64,000 bases of DNA, taken from positions 21,700,001-21,764,000 of the forward strand of contig OZ024754.1 of the NCBI GenBank assembly GCA_964016885.1. Reading direction: 5' to 3'. The notes below the pieces were generated by a model. The model saw only the letters and a list, made by a program, of their open reading frames with translations, was not told where the DNA came from and ran no database searches. The stretch is from Eledone cirrhosa (lineage: Eukaryota). The translations under genes were made by a program, and so were the position numbers. This document shows, in pieces, positions 41,516-54,217 of this stretch (positions within the stretch are counted from its first letter, which is position 1; the number at the start of each line of letters is the position of its first letter).

Positions 41516-43129
41516 GTAAGATGATCGATCTTTTCATGTATATGATTTTCTTACTACTTTATTTTTGATAGTCCATTTCTTCATATTTCTGTATAGATTC
41601 CTTTTTCTACTTGTAGCTGGTTCTCTACTACAGGAGCTAGTAAAGTGATTTTTCATTGATGGCTGTTTAGAATTAGAATTACATACAGTTTATATTTTAT
41701 ATAGATGTCAAGGTTATTTAAGTAGTTGATTCTTTTATTTTTTCTGGAAATTAGTTTAGATAGTAATAGTGCATGCAGTTGTTTATAACGGCCAATTTAT
41801 TTATCTTACTTTTAAAAAAATATTTTAATTTTAACCAACACTGGTCTCTGCTGCTTTAATAATTTCATGTTTAATAAATATTTGAGAAATAAAATGTTAG
41901 TTTTGACAACCTGTTATTATGATATAGATTTTATTAAAATAATGTAAATACACCTAATAGTTACCATATTTCTAATGTAAGATATTGCCTTTGATTTTCA
42001 AATGAATATAAACACTTCAAAGCAAACAGTTTTGTATCAGAACAAGAGAGAGTTTCAAGTAGTTTGGTATCAAAGTTATTAAAAATTATAATTGGTTGGC
42101 ATTTTGCAAAATATAATTGAAAACTTTAAATTTTGATGAAATGTAACAAGAATTTGATTGATATTTGTTTCAATAGTGTCTAATGTAGACTAACTGTTAG
42201 CTATATGTCGTTCCTTTTAAAATTCTGTTTCAGGCATTTAATGTTCCATTAGTGATAGTCTGAATTAAGTTGTCTATTATTCAAATATCAATAAAATTTG
42301 ATATTAGTCAAGGAGGGCAGAGCCTTTTTCTTTTTTTTAGGAACCCTGAGACTGGGGAGGAGACTGTACCATAATGCTTGCTACTGAGTGGATGCTGCTA
42401 ATTGTAGTCAATGGCCAAGTGTTGGTAGTAAATTGATATTGGTGCTGGCTTTTATTACTGTATGGTTAGCAAAGGAAGGGCAGTTCCCATATCAGTTTTT
42501 TACGTGGGAAGGAAGGAGGAAGGTGTCTTCACACTAGAGACCTCGCATGAGTACTTGCAGCAGAGTGGACTCTGCTAAATGCAGCCATGGACTAAGTGGT
42601 GGTGGTGGTGTTAAACTGGGTGACAAGTAGACCATAATGGTATTTGAACTTAGAATGAGAATGCAAAAAAGCTTGAACAAGTACACTATGTCATCTAACA
42701 TTTCTGTGATCCCATCACTCTGGACTAGTATTTTAGTTTATTGACAACGTAAGAATGAAAGGCAAAGTTGTCATTGGTGGAGTTTGAGCTGAGAATGAAG
42801 AGCTGGAATGAATACATATATTGAAATTGCTTCTAGAATTTGACTTGACCGCAAAGTGCAAAATGTCATCATACAATGTGTTTGACTGCTGGTTTATGTG
42901 CAATAGACTGACACATCTTACTGCTAGCATTTTTCCACTTTTTCCCACAGCATCTTGCTTGTCTCAGACTACCAAAACAGTTATATTTGAAATTTAATGA
43001 CATTGTTTTCATGCTTACCATACTTCTATCATTTTTATGTTTTTCCTACTTCGCTAACCTGTATTCTGTGAGGTCACAGCTGAAACTCCAAAGTAACAAG
43101 ACTCTTCACTTAGCCATAATAAAGAATAG

Positions 43130-43139
<10 letters not shown>

Positions 43140-43185
<46 letters not shown>
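43140..43185. repeat. (GT)n microsatellite
   Basis: Directly visible. Confidence 0.95.
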
Positions 43186-43189
<4 letters not shown>

Positions 43190-44841
43190 TTTCTGGCAAA
43201 GTTGATCCCCCATGACCTCTACCCATTAGTAGTTTATATATATATTCATGGTTTATCACAGAATTGCAGATTGTTAGTTATCTGCCCTTCCACTATTAAA
43301 TTGTTTGGGTCCTTTTGTGACCATGTTTCTAATGAAATAACACTGTATTTCAATTAATCTATTAAGTATTTAGAAGGGTTTATTAAAATTATTATTTCAT
43401 TAAGATTATATTTGTAACATAACTCATCATCATTTTACATCTGCTTTCCATGTTGGTATGAGTTGGATGGGTGTTAAAGTTAAAGATTAGACAGGCCTGA
43501 GAGACCTTATCTTGTTCGTACATTCTGAATTTGGCAATGGTTCCTGCAGCTAGATTCCCTTCATAACAGCAATCATCATACAGGGTTCTTATTGGATGTT
43601 TTTAAATTAAATAGGACCCCTTTAAAATAGGTGATTTTGATTCCTAGAAACAGGACGGTTACGGGCAGTTTGCTATCAAAATGGGTAATAGATGCTCTAG
43701 AATTTCTTTTTCTGTTCTCTTCTACCTTGTTTGTTTTCACTGACATCAGAAAACAATTCAAGTTGTGCTACTTCACCAATCTAGGAGGAGGCAATAAGAT
43801 TTTGACTCACTCTTTTCTGAAAATGAGAAAAAAATTCACGTTCATTTGGTTTTTCATGGTTGCATGAATTGTATGGAATTTGTAAACTTTTATATTTGCA
43901 TGTGAATTGTGGATCAAAATCTCTGAAAAGCCCCCTTCCCAATTCCACATGCCATTTCTGTTCTGTTTTATTCATCATCATCATCATCATCATCATCTAA
44001 TGTCCATTTTTCTATCAGACAAGGGCTGGACAGGGTCATTACAGACTAAGCCAGTACTTAATTAGAGCTGCTGTTTTCCTAAACAGTTGGGGAAGGGCAG
44101 GCAGGCATGCTTGCTTACATACATTTTGGTGAGTGCACCTCCTAACACCAACCACTTCACAGAGTGTGTTGGGTGTATTAAGGAGGTTGTCGTGTCTTTG
44201 ACACAAGTATTGTCAGAAGTAAAACAAAAAAAAAAAACAGTTATCTAAGCCAATACTGTCCAGTTTAGAGATGGTTTAATATCAATTTCTATATTCTATG
44301 AATATAAAAATTAATTTAACTTACAGTTTTTTTAAAACAATTTAAAAACTTTGTTTACTTTTCAATTGCAAAGAAATATTTTAAATGGGCAGAACATTTT
44401 GACTTTTAAATTATTTTGTTTTAAATATCTTCTGTAACTATTGCAATTTTAACATATTTTAGAGTACAAAGGAGATAACATATTTCTAAAAAAAGACATC
44501 GGCAATGATTTTAAAATAACTTTGAAAATTATCATGAATTTGGAGGAATTCAGTAATGTAACTAACTTTCTTATTATTAGGTTGGTTGGTGTTTGGAACA
44601 TAACTTAACAAAGGTTCTTACTTAGAATTATACTGGAAGGTTTTTAGATAGATATAATCACTTTAATATAAACATTTTAAAACCATAGAAATAGGGTCAG
44701 TTTTAGGAAATTTTGTAATTAAATGGGTAAAACCAGTGAAGTTTTATAAAAATTTAAGTCTTTTATGATTAACATTTTTTTAAATTTACCATTTTATAAC
44801 CATCTTGTTAATGTAAACTTTTTTTAAAAAATCTATTTCAG

Positions 44842-44918
44842 AATTGGGTGGTGCAATGCAGTTGATGGCAATCATAAGACTATTGATTGATCCTGAAAAT
44901 ATGCTTGCTACTGCCAAC
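44842..44918 (+). CDS. PPP4R3: PPP4R3 coding exon
   Basis: ttcag|(E)[25 protein letters not shown]|gtaagt; 77 nt, phase 1-0. Confidence 0.94.
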
Positions 44919-45349
44919 GTAAGTCTATATTAGATATTTTATTTATTAATTCTCTTATTGTCCTGTACCATATGAGACCACAGGATTTCATTAGTTAACA
45001 CTTTACATCCTATATCACATTAGATTACATTAAACCCTTAGCATTTAAACTGGCCATATCTGGCTGCTCATGCTTACGTTAAGGTATTGTTCTCAAAATA
45101 AATAAAATCAAAATCTCATAGATTCAATATTATGTGTGGTAAAGCCTTAACCAGGAAAATAAAATAGTATATATAGAGTAATGTAAATACTAAAGGGTTA
45201 ATCATGTTATGGTGTTAGTTAAAAATCTATGCATGTCTATATTATTTTACTGCAAGTGGTTTTCAATATAGTTAAAGTAATTTTTTTTTTAAATTAGGGT
45301 GTTTGGTTGTACAGAAAAATGAAAATAATGGAAGTCTTTTTTTATAATA

Positions 45350-45480
45350 ATTGTTTCTACTTTTGGCACAAGGCCAGCAAATACCCAGTACATTACTGGT
45401 ACTTTATTTTATCGACCCCATAAGGATGAAAGGTGAAGTTATCCTCGACGGGATTTGAACTCAGACCATAAAGGGACGTA
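45350..45480 (-). mobile_element. 5'-truncated Meta-like SINE with ~17-bp target-site duplication
   Basis: AAGTCTTTTTT(T)ATAATA at 45332-45349 and 45481-45497; homologous to 34493-34607. Confidence 0.82.
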
Positions 45481-45528
45481 AAGTCTTTTTTATAATAGTA
45501 AAAATGTAATGTTTTTTGTTTATTTCAG

Positions 45529-45631
45529 AAAACTGAAAAAACTGAATTTCTTAGTTTTTTCTATAAACATAGTATGCATGTATTGACTGCTCCGTTATTT
45601 GCCAATACTACAGACAATAAACCTAGTAAAG
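45529..45631 (+). CDS. PPP4R3: PPP4R3 coding exon
   Basis: ttcag|[35 protein letters not shown]|gtaagt; 103 nt. Confidence 0.95.
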
Positions 45632-45665
45632 GTAAGTTTTCTTTTTAAATAATACCTCTCTATTA

Positions 45666-46456
45666 TCTGTATATATATAAAATTGTGTGCGTGTCTGTGT
45701 ATTACCTATAGGGGCCTACATCTTACGACCGATTTTCATGAAACTTTACAGGCTCATAGATTAGTCATCGGGGCAGTGTTTTCTATATATCAGCGTATTG
45801 TTTTTTTATTCCGGGGTCATTCTGCAGATAAAAATCGATAGGGGGGTCACCTTTTTTAGGTATCGAAAAATAAGATTTTTGGCTCTAGCTCCCACATTTT
45901 TGCCACCGATTTCAAATTTTAAAGCAAAATAGAATTTATCATTGCACATCCTGTAATCGCTTTATATTTTGCATTTGTTCTTCAGGGATGGCGTGGCAGC
46001 CGCTTAACTATTAAAAAATACCACTTTTAGACTAAAATTTCCACTTTTTCGGCTCTAGCTCCCACATTAATCAACCTACTTTGTTCAAATTTTACACTAT
46101 GCTAGATCTGATTATTTCATGTCTTAAAGTGGCTTTACATTTTGGAATTTTTGTTCAGGAATGGCGTGGCAGCCGCTTAAATATTTGAAAATACCACCTT
46201 TTCGCTCAAATTTCCGCCTTTTCGGCTCTAGCTCCCACATTTTTCAACCGATTTCGTTCAGATTCAAAACTCCCTCCCCTAGCATGCCTCTTCGTCAGTC
46301 ACCCGCGTTTCCCAGTGATAGAGGTCATAACCACCCTTCCCCGCATGGCCTGTGTGTGGCCATAGATGAGTCATCGAGAAGCAGTTGCTAAGATCAACAC
46401 CTTTTCATCAAAGCAGATATTATTTTACCTACCCAGGCAACGCTGGGGACTGCTGC

Positions 46457-46459
<3 letters not shown>
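45666..46459 (+). mobile_element. Non-autonomous Helitron
   Basis: A|TCTGTATATATATAAAA 5' end; 3' hairpin CCCAGGCAACGCTGGG then CTAG|T; no TSD; internal ~170-bp repeats (GGCTCTAGCTCCCACATT x3). Confidence 0.85.
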
Positions 46460-46538
<79 letters not shown>

Positions 46539-46600
46539 AAAGAGTAAGGTTCTATACAAAACAGAGATAATAGAGAAAAAATGGAATTGGAAATGGCACA

Positions 46601-47434
46601 AAAAGTATATTTAATGGATCTGTTCTTTTCTTCTTGGATTCGTCAAAGTAACATTATTGAAAAAATGCGAGGAACAATTTTTTTTTTTTAAAAGAGGTGT
46701 TTTATAATATATATAAAATATCGGTTTCGATGTAGCAGTGTAATCCATCTTATCAAATGTTGAATATTACAATTAAAAAGGATTAAAAATTAAAGATTTA
46801 AAATTGTGTTGAAGCAGATTTGTTCATCTTGTTGAGAAAAAGACTGGATCTAAAATGGAATCTTATGTATATATAGAGAGAGGTAGTAGTAATAGTAGTA
46901 GTGGTGGTGGTGGTGGTGGTGGTGGTGGTAGTGGTAGTTGTGTCTTTCCACACTCACACATACACACTCATACTCTCTAAAACCATATTCCAAAATAGAA
47001 TTTCTTTTACAACCCTACTTTTGCCAATCCCATTTACCTCTCACACCCATAGAATTTGTCTCTAGCTTACAGTTCCTCTCTTCACATCTGAACCCTCTCT
47101 AAAAATAATTTTGTTCTGTGAAAAGACACAACTACCACCACCACCACTACTACTACTACCTCTCTCTATATATACATAAGATTCCATTTTAGATCCAGTC
47201 TTCTCAACAAGATGAACAACCCTGCTTCAACACTTAATTTTAAATCTTTAATTTTTAATTTTTTTAAATTGTAATATTCAACATTTGATAAAAGAGATTA
47301 CACTGCTACATCGAAACCGTTTATATTTTATATATATTATAAAACTCTTTCTTTTAAAAAAACATGTTCGTCTCATTTTTTCAATAATTTCATGAATCGA
47401 AGAAAAAAGAAAAACATCCTTTAAATATATTTTT
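46601..47434. repeat. Long imperfect inverted repeat (arms 46601-46951 and 47118-47434), probably a Penelope-like fold-back remnant
   Basis: Arms are reverse complements over ~320 bp; adjacent (TA)n at 46462-46533; decayed hammerhead-like motif in each arm. Confidence 0.85.
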
Positions 47435-48125
47435 CATATATTTTTGGGAATGTAACTAACTTTCTCATCATTAAACTGGTGTTTGGACAACATAAATTGT
47501 TTCATCTAAACCCATGCTAGCGTGGAAGATAGATGTTAAACGACGATGATGATGATGATGATGAAAATTAAGATGGGAAGTTTTTAGATAAATAGTTTTT
47601 AGACTTTAAAACAGTCTTCTATTTTTAAATCAGGGTGTATTCAGGCAGTTTGGTATCAAAAGGGTTAAATGATGAGAAATAGAGGAACAAAAACGGACCA
47701 TTCTTTAATCCTATTTGCGTAAAGAACTTGTAACTATACACTGTTACTATGGAACAATGTGAAAATATTGGAAAAATATAGAAAGTTAAGTTTACGGATA
47801 TAATAGCAAAAAAAACAACAACCTTCATTAAGATTTTATTCAGTCCAAATCTTTTTTTAAAGATATTTTCTACTAAATTATAACAAAATATTAAGAGTTA
47901 AATAAGACTAAAATAAAATTACAGCTATGATGATTATGTGTAAATTTGATTAAAATTATAGCTACACATTCTGTTGTGTTGTGAAAGGCTTCTCTGTTGT
48001 GGTTTTTATGTTTTACATTGATATCCTAGTTTTTCTCCTTATCGCCACCTCTTTGTTTCTTTGCAATCTTTCATACATAGAAAACCAATTTTGTAATATA
48101 TGAATTTTTGTTCTTTTTTCAACAG

Positions 48126-48284
48126 ATGATTATCAAACTGCTCAACTTCTGAGTCTTATAATGGAGTTACTTTCATTTTGTGTTGAACACCATACGTATC
48201 ACATCAAGAATTATATCATTAGCAAGGACCTTCTACGGAGAGTTCTTGTATTATTGAAGTCCCAGCATGCTTTTCTAGCCTTGT
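48126..48284 (+). CDS. PPP4R3: PPP4R3 coding exon
   Basis: aacag|(D)[53 protein letters not shown]|gtaagt; 159 nt. Confidence 0.95.
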
Positions 48285-49627
48285 GTAAGTCATTTAAATC
48301 ATTCTTGTTATTCTTATAATAATGATAATGAAAATATTGTGTACAGTACTCAGGTGCACAACAACTCATCATAAGTGTATGTATAGTACATAGGGTAATG
48401 TACAAATGTCAGGAAAATGAACATGATATACACGTGTACATGTGTATGGAAGGGGGATATCAGGTGTAGTTTTGGCGAATTTCGGGAAGCATGAGGGTTT
48501 TAAAGGATGCAGTGTCTCGGCAGCTAACAACTGACGCAGGCAGTTTGTTCCATGCTTCAGCAACTCACTGTATTTCGATTCATTATTTAAGAATTTTGAT
48601 GGATTTACTAAAATTATTATTTCACTACTTAACATTTGGTTCTTGTATAAAATTATGTTGGAAGATTTAAATTTAAATAGGAACATTTCAAAAATTGGGT
48701 ATTTTGGGTTCAAAATACCGAGAGCAAAATTTGGCTGGGTTGATATCAAAAGGATTAAATAAATAGCAGTTGATATTATTTATTCATTATTAAATACTAA
48801 ATTATCTCTTCTAAATAACTGTATTGTTGATTATAATATAATACTGCGCAGTATACAATTATCTGAAACTTATAAAAAAAAGTTTTAATTCATTTTTGTA
48901 CACTCTGTAAAAGTGGTTTCTGATGGATTGGAGATAACATAAGAAGGAGAAGACTTTTAAGACTTATGGAAGATATGCCAACCTTTCTAGTGCTGGTACT
49001 GTAAATGTTTGCTAATTGAATGGAGATAATGCAAGGCAAAGAGAACTCTTGAGACTAATGGAAGATATGACAACCATCCTAGTGCTGGTACCCCAATAAT
49101 ACAGACCTAGTACACCTGTTGATATTAGGAAGGGCATCCAATCGTAGAAACTATGCCAAAGTCAGAACATACGGGTGTGACATGGTCTTCTGATGGGTCT
49201 AGGAGAGTAGAAACTCTAAACTAGAAGTCCCTCAGTCTGTAACACTCCATCCAACCTATGACAGCTTGAAAAAACAGACATAAAATGATGTGTATGGATA
49301 TTGTTTATTGATCACTTCAAATTATCTAATCTTTTAGAATAGAAAATTAAAATTCTTGCTATTTAAAGCCAGTTTCATTATCTGTGTAGAGTCTGTATTG
49401 ATGGCCCATCGGCTAGTGTTGGATTCACAATAAGGTTGTGGCTTTCATTCCTGGATTAGACAGTACATTGAGTTCTTGAGCAAGACACTTTTTTTCACGT
49501 TGCTTTTCACTGAAGGACTGTGGCTCCTATCATTAAAACACCTGAGAAACATGCATTTTTCATTTCATTCCTGTATTGATTAGTATAAATATACATATAT
49601 TAAATTGCAATCACAACTCTATTCCAG

Positions 49628-49797
49628 GTGCCTTGCGATTTATGAGAAAGATAATTGGCTTGAAAGAGGAATTTTACAATCGTTACATCACAAAGGGAAA
49701 TCTATTTCAACCTGTTGTAGATGCCTTTAATGCTAATGGTGACAGATATAATCTGCTGAACTCTGCCATGATTGAGATGTTTGAGTTTGTGAAAATG
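49628..49797 (+). CDS. PPP4R3: PPP4R3 coding exon
   Basis: tccag|(C)[20 protein letters not shown]...[18 protein letters not shown]|gtaagt; 170 nt. Confidence 0.95.
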
Positions 49798-50500
49798 GTA
49801 AGTTGGGACATTTTAATTTTATTTTTAGAATTTTATCCCCAAAATATGTAAGTCTGCTTTTAGTAAAAATGGGGAAGATGATGATCACCATTGTTTTATG
49901 TCCAGTTTATCGTACTTGTATGGATTAGATGAGTCTTCTACAGCATTGAGGTCAGCTTTCATCACCTCTGCCCACACCTTATTTGGTCTTCCTCTTCTGT
50001 AGCTTCCTTCCACTTAGAACTCCTGACACTTCTTCATTCAACAATCATCATTCATGTACATTACATATCCATACCGGCACAGTCTTTTCTTCTTGCACAT
50101 ACATACATCGTTGTAGAACCAGGGTTAGTTTCAGGCGGTTTGGTATATTAGGCAGTAAATTGGTAAAGTCATTATAGCATTGGATTAATTTCTTCACTGT
50201 ATTTGTTCTGCCTATTGTTTGAAGGACAGTTATTTTATTTAGTTTGGGGGATGGGGTTGAGAAGACCCTTCAGTCGTGCCAGTGTAAGGCAACCTCTTTA
50301 GTGTCGGTGACCTACATGATAAACATACCCTGTACATATAAAGTGGTTGGTGATAGGGATATCCAGTTGCAAAAAGCTTGCCAAACAAAGGGCTAGGGGG
50401 ATCTTTCAGTTGTGTCAGACATGACAACCCCACAGTCTTGCATTCAACCGAGTGTACAAGAGAGGTTGTCATGTCTGACGCAACTGAAAGCTCCTCCCAT

Positions 50501-51271
50501 TGGGCATTGTCTGGAGGACCTGCGCAGATTGGAAAGGAATGAAGCATGCATGCTCCGTTGGATGTGTAATAGTAATACACACGAACGGCAAAACATAAAC
50601 GAACTAAGTGAGAAATTAGGAATAAGAGGGATCAGATGCTGTTTACTTGAGAGGAGATTACGTTGGTATGGTCATATGATGTGCATGAAAGACGACAGCT
50701 GTATAAAGAAGTGCAGGGCGATCAAAGTTGATGGAAGTTATGGAGTAGGTAGACCCAGAAAAACTTGGGACAACATGATAAAATCCGACTTTGCACACTT
50801 GTACCTCTCTAAGACAATGTCACTGGATCGAGATCTTTGGTGCCACGCAGTAATACAGAAGACCCACCTTCCGTACAAAGTTAACCTACAGTCAGTATGC
50901 CCCTCGTAACCAAATATACACCCCAACCCACTACCCTACTCCCTCCTCCAACTCCAACCAAGACGATCCTTTCTCTGTAAAGTTATGTTGGTACCACAAC
51001 ATCCAGTCCAAACTAAAGAGGTTGTGTAGGTGTCACTGAAAAAAAAGACACATAGTCCATGCTGTAATGTGGCTGTGTAGGAAACATGGTAAAAAGGGTT
51101 CCAGTCCACACTAAATGTGGTTGGTGTTAGGAAGGGCATCCAGCCATAGAAAACCTGCCAGATGCAGTCCTATACTAGTGAGACACGGTCACCCGATCAA
51201 TCTTGCCTCAAGTGGGACTATTCCTGTCTAACCTATGCTAGCGTGGAAGACAGACGTTAAACGATGATGAT
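50501..51271 (+). mobile_element. RTE family A-related copy, 5'-truncated, intronic
   Basis: [18 protein letters not shown]...RRLRWYGH...; 3' UTR and (TGA)n tail. Confidence 0.9.
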
Positions 51272-51390
51272 GTATAGAAATGGCTTCTACAGGACTAGAT
51301 GATTTCCTTTGAATGAAACAATTCCAGTCCTGTAGAAAAATTTCTTTGAATTATGTGAACAGAAAAATATTTTTTCTCTATTTCTTTTAG

Positions 51391-51536
51391 GAGGATATCC
51401 GATCTCTTTGCACAAACATTGCTGAAAATCACATTAAAGATCTAGAAAATGTTAACTATGTAAATACATTTAAATCTTTAAAACATCGGTATGAACAGCA
51501 ACAGGATAGAATTAGAGAAAAATCTGCAACTGAAAG
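51391..51536 (+). CDS. PPP4R3: PPP4R3 coding exon
   Basis: tttag|EDIRSLCTNIAENH...VNYVNTFKSLKHRYEQQQDR...|gtaaat; 146 nt, phase 0-2. Confidence 0.94.
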
Positions 51537-52910
51537 GTAAATATTTAGAATTGAAATCTTTGTCAAATTTTAAAATCTTTTTACATATATTTTTCTTAAA
51601 CTTTAAAAACTTACTAATTTTACAATTTTCTTTATCTAAGTAGCTTCAAGAATCCAAGCAGTTTTTTCCCCCTGTTCAGTGCTAACCACCCAACTGTAAA
51701 GTGTTAGTGCCATCTGCTATGGCAGATACATAGAATATCAGATAGAATATTTTGTGGTATTTATATCGGTTATCATTGGTCTGAGATGAAAGTCCTGTTG
51801 AGGTTCAACCTTTTGAAGTTGATAAAAAAAAATACCAGTCCAATAGTGGAGTGGATTCTGCCTCTACTTCTTTTCCTCTTTGGAAAAAAAGTGGCTGCAT
51901 TCAAACTTGGGGCTAGGTTTTGCCAGATTTAAAAAGCCCAAGATATTTGTCTTGACAGTACCCCTACAACTCTAGGGCTCATGGATGTCATGGATTATCT
52001 GGTAAAGAAAGTGCTAGATTGAAATGCCTATGAAAGAGTGTCAAGTAATGTGACATCCATATTGTAAAGTCCCTTAATCTTGACATTACAATTACTGCAT
52101 CCAATTTAACATTTCTGTCTTGGTTTTAAATGGATTTACTTCAAGTTATTGCAAAGAGAAATAACTCTTCCTTTCTCAGTGCTACTCGAAGCTTTTATTC
52201 ATTGCTGTTTACCAAAAATGTGTTACAGTATACAAGAGCTTAATCATGTTTTCTTAAATCTATTTGGAAATAGTGCCTCTTCATATATATTGAAGGCATA
52301 TGCATGACCAAGTGGTTAGGGTGTTTGGACTTAGAATCATACAGTTGTAGCTTTGATTTCTGGACTGTGTAGCATGTGTTCTTGAACAAGACACTTAAAT
52401 TTCATGTTATTTTTCATGATTGGACATGGGTCCTTGTTATTAAAATACTTGAGAAACCTTGTATGAGATGCTGCAACACTAATAAGATATAGCTCTTCCT
52501 TGCTTAGTGCATAAGCTTTTTTTTACCAAAAATGTGTTTTAGTCTACCAGGGCTTTAGTTTATTAATGTCTTAGTATAGTGTCACTTCATATATAGTAAG
52601 TTTAGGAGATGCATGGCCTAGTGGGTTAGGATGTTGGATTTGCAAACATGGTTGTGTGTTCAATTCCTGGACCAGGCATCATGTGGTATTCTTGAGCAAG
52701 ATGTTCCATTTCATGTTGCTTTTTATGTTAGGACTGTCTATTTCAGTTCCCTTCTCTCATTTAATTGTATGATTTCTCAAAAGAAGAATGGAAGCTAATA
52801 AAATGCCTGTTAGTCACAGCATGCTCATGTAATGATATGTATCTATATAATCTATGAAATACAGTTATTGAGTTTATAACTCTTTTTGCTGTTGTGTTTT
52901 GTTCCTTCAG

Positions 52911-53101
52911 CATGCCATCTATCCTTCGTAACAGTCGTTTCCGTCGTGATGAACGGGCACTTGATGAAGAAGAGGACATGTACTTTAATCAAGATGATGA
53001 TCTTGATGATGGAGAAAGTATTGTTCCTATGGGAGATATTCTAAAGAATAAACTGGATCCAGACTTTGATCAGATAAGTCGGTTTATTGAAAATAAAAGA
53101 G
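52911..53101 (+). CDS. PPP4R3: PPP4R3 coding exon
   Basis: ttcag|(S)MPSILRNSRFRRDERALDEEEDMYFNQDDD...FIENKR-G|gtaaaa; 191 nt, phase 2-1. Confidence 0.93.
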
Positions 53102-53179
53102 GTAAAAAAAGCAATATTTTCTATATGTGCTCTCGTATGTGTGTGATTTTTAACCTATTCATTTTCTATATTTTCTGTA

Positions 53180-53370
53180 CAGGTAAAAATTCTGTTATAA
53201 TGAATACCATTATAATGAATTTTTCAGTGTAATGAAATTTTTTTCAATCCATGAGCTAATAACAAACTAACGCTTGATTTGTTTCGGTCGATCTCGTTAT
53301 ATAAAGAATTTTTCGTTAACAACAAATTTTTTTTATCCCTCTTGAATTTTGTTATAATGGAATTTCACTG
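53180..53370. mobile_element. Old pogo/Tigger-like MITE
   Basis: TA|CAGGTAAAAATTCTGTTATAA...TTATAATGGAATTTCACTG|TA, imperfect TIRs with internal GTTATAA repeats. Confidence 0.6.
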
Positions 53371-53984
53371 TATTATAATTAATTCTCAAAATGTATAAGA
53401 ATTTTCCACCTAAGAAACTTATGAGGGATGTGACCTGATAGGAGGCCAACTAAAGCTACATCGTTGTAAGAACAATGTAATAGTTTCTCTAATTGTTATC
53501 TGGACAACTAAAAGAATATTTTAAAATAAACTTTATTTTTCCTCCTAAAACATTTGAAATAAAAATTCTTTAAAAATGTTGGTTATATTTCTGTTTATTT
53601 GAATTGTCTGTTATTCACTATTGATAGAACTGCCTGAATTATCAATATCACTGTTAGAAATAGATTCGGTTTGACGTCAATCACATCATTATATTTATTA
53701 CATTTTTAGTTTCTTGCAGTTGATTCTTTTTGACTAAAAGGGTTGGTAATAGGACAGGCATCGAGTTGTGCCCCCCCCCCCCCCCCCCCCCCCAGGATCC
53801 CATGTTGAGCTTGTTTGTAGCCTATCATTGGGCCCAGAAGAGTAACATTAAAACCCTTCTGTTATTTTCTATACTTTGCCTGTTCCAGCCCACAGGATGT
53901 GGTTATGCTGGGGCACTACAGTTAGGTATATGCATGTTTGATACTATTAATGTTTCAATTTTCTTAATTTTGGTTTCATTTTAG

Positions 53985-54217
53985 CTAAAGAGCAATCTGA
54001 ATTAACTAAAGATTGTCCTATAAAGTTGCATAACAAGACATCTCCAATAAGCATTAATATCAAAAGTAGCAGTCCTGTTTCAAGTCCAGGCAGTCCTAAA
54101 AGTCCTGGAAGTCCTACAAGCCCTAAAAGTCCGGGCAGTCCTGGAAGAACAAGTTCTGGCATTACTACTAATACAGGCAATTCACCAAGTGAAGAGAAAT
54201 CAGTTGTTACCAGAAAG
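53985..54217 (+). CDS. PPP4R3: PPP4R3 coding exon, Ser-Pro repeat tail
   Basis: tttag|(A)KEQSEL...SSPVSSPGSPKSPGSPTSPKSPGSPGR...VVTRK|gtaaac; 233 nt, phase 1-0. Confidence 0.9.
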
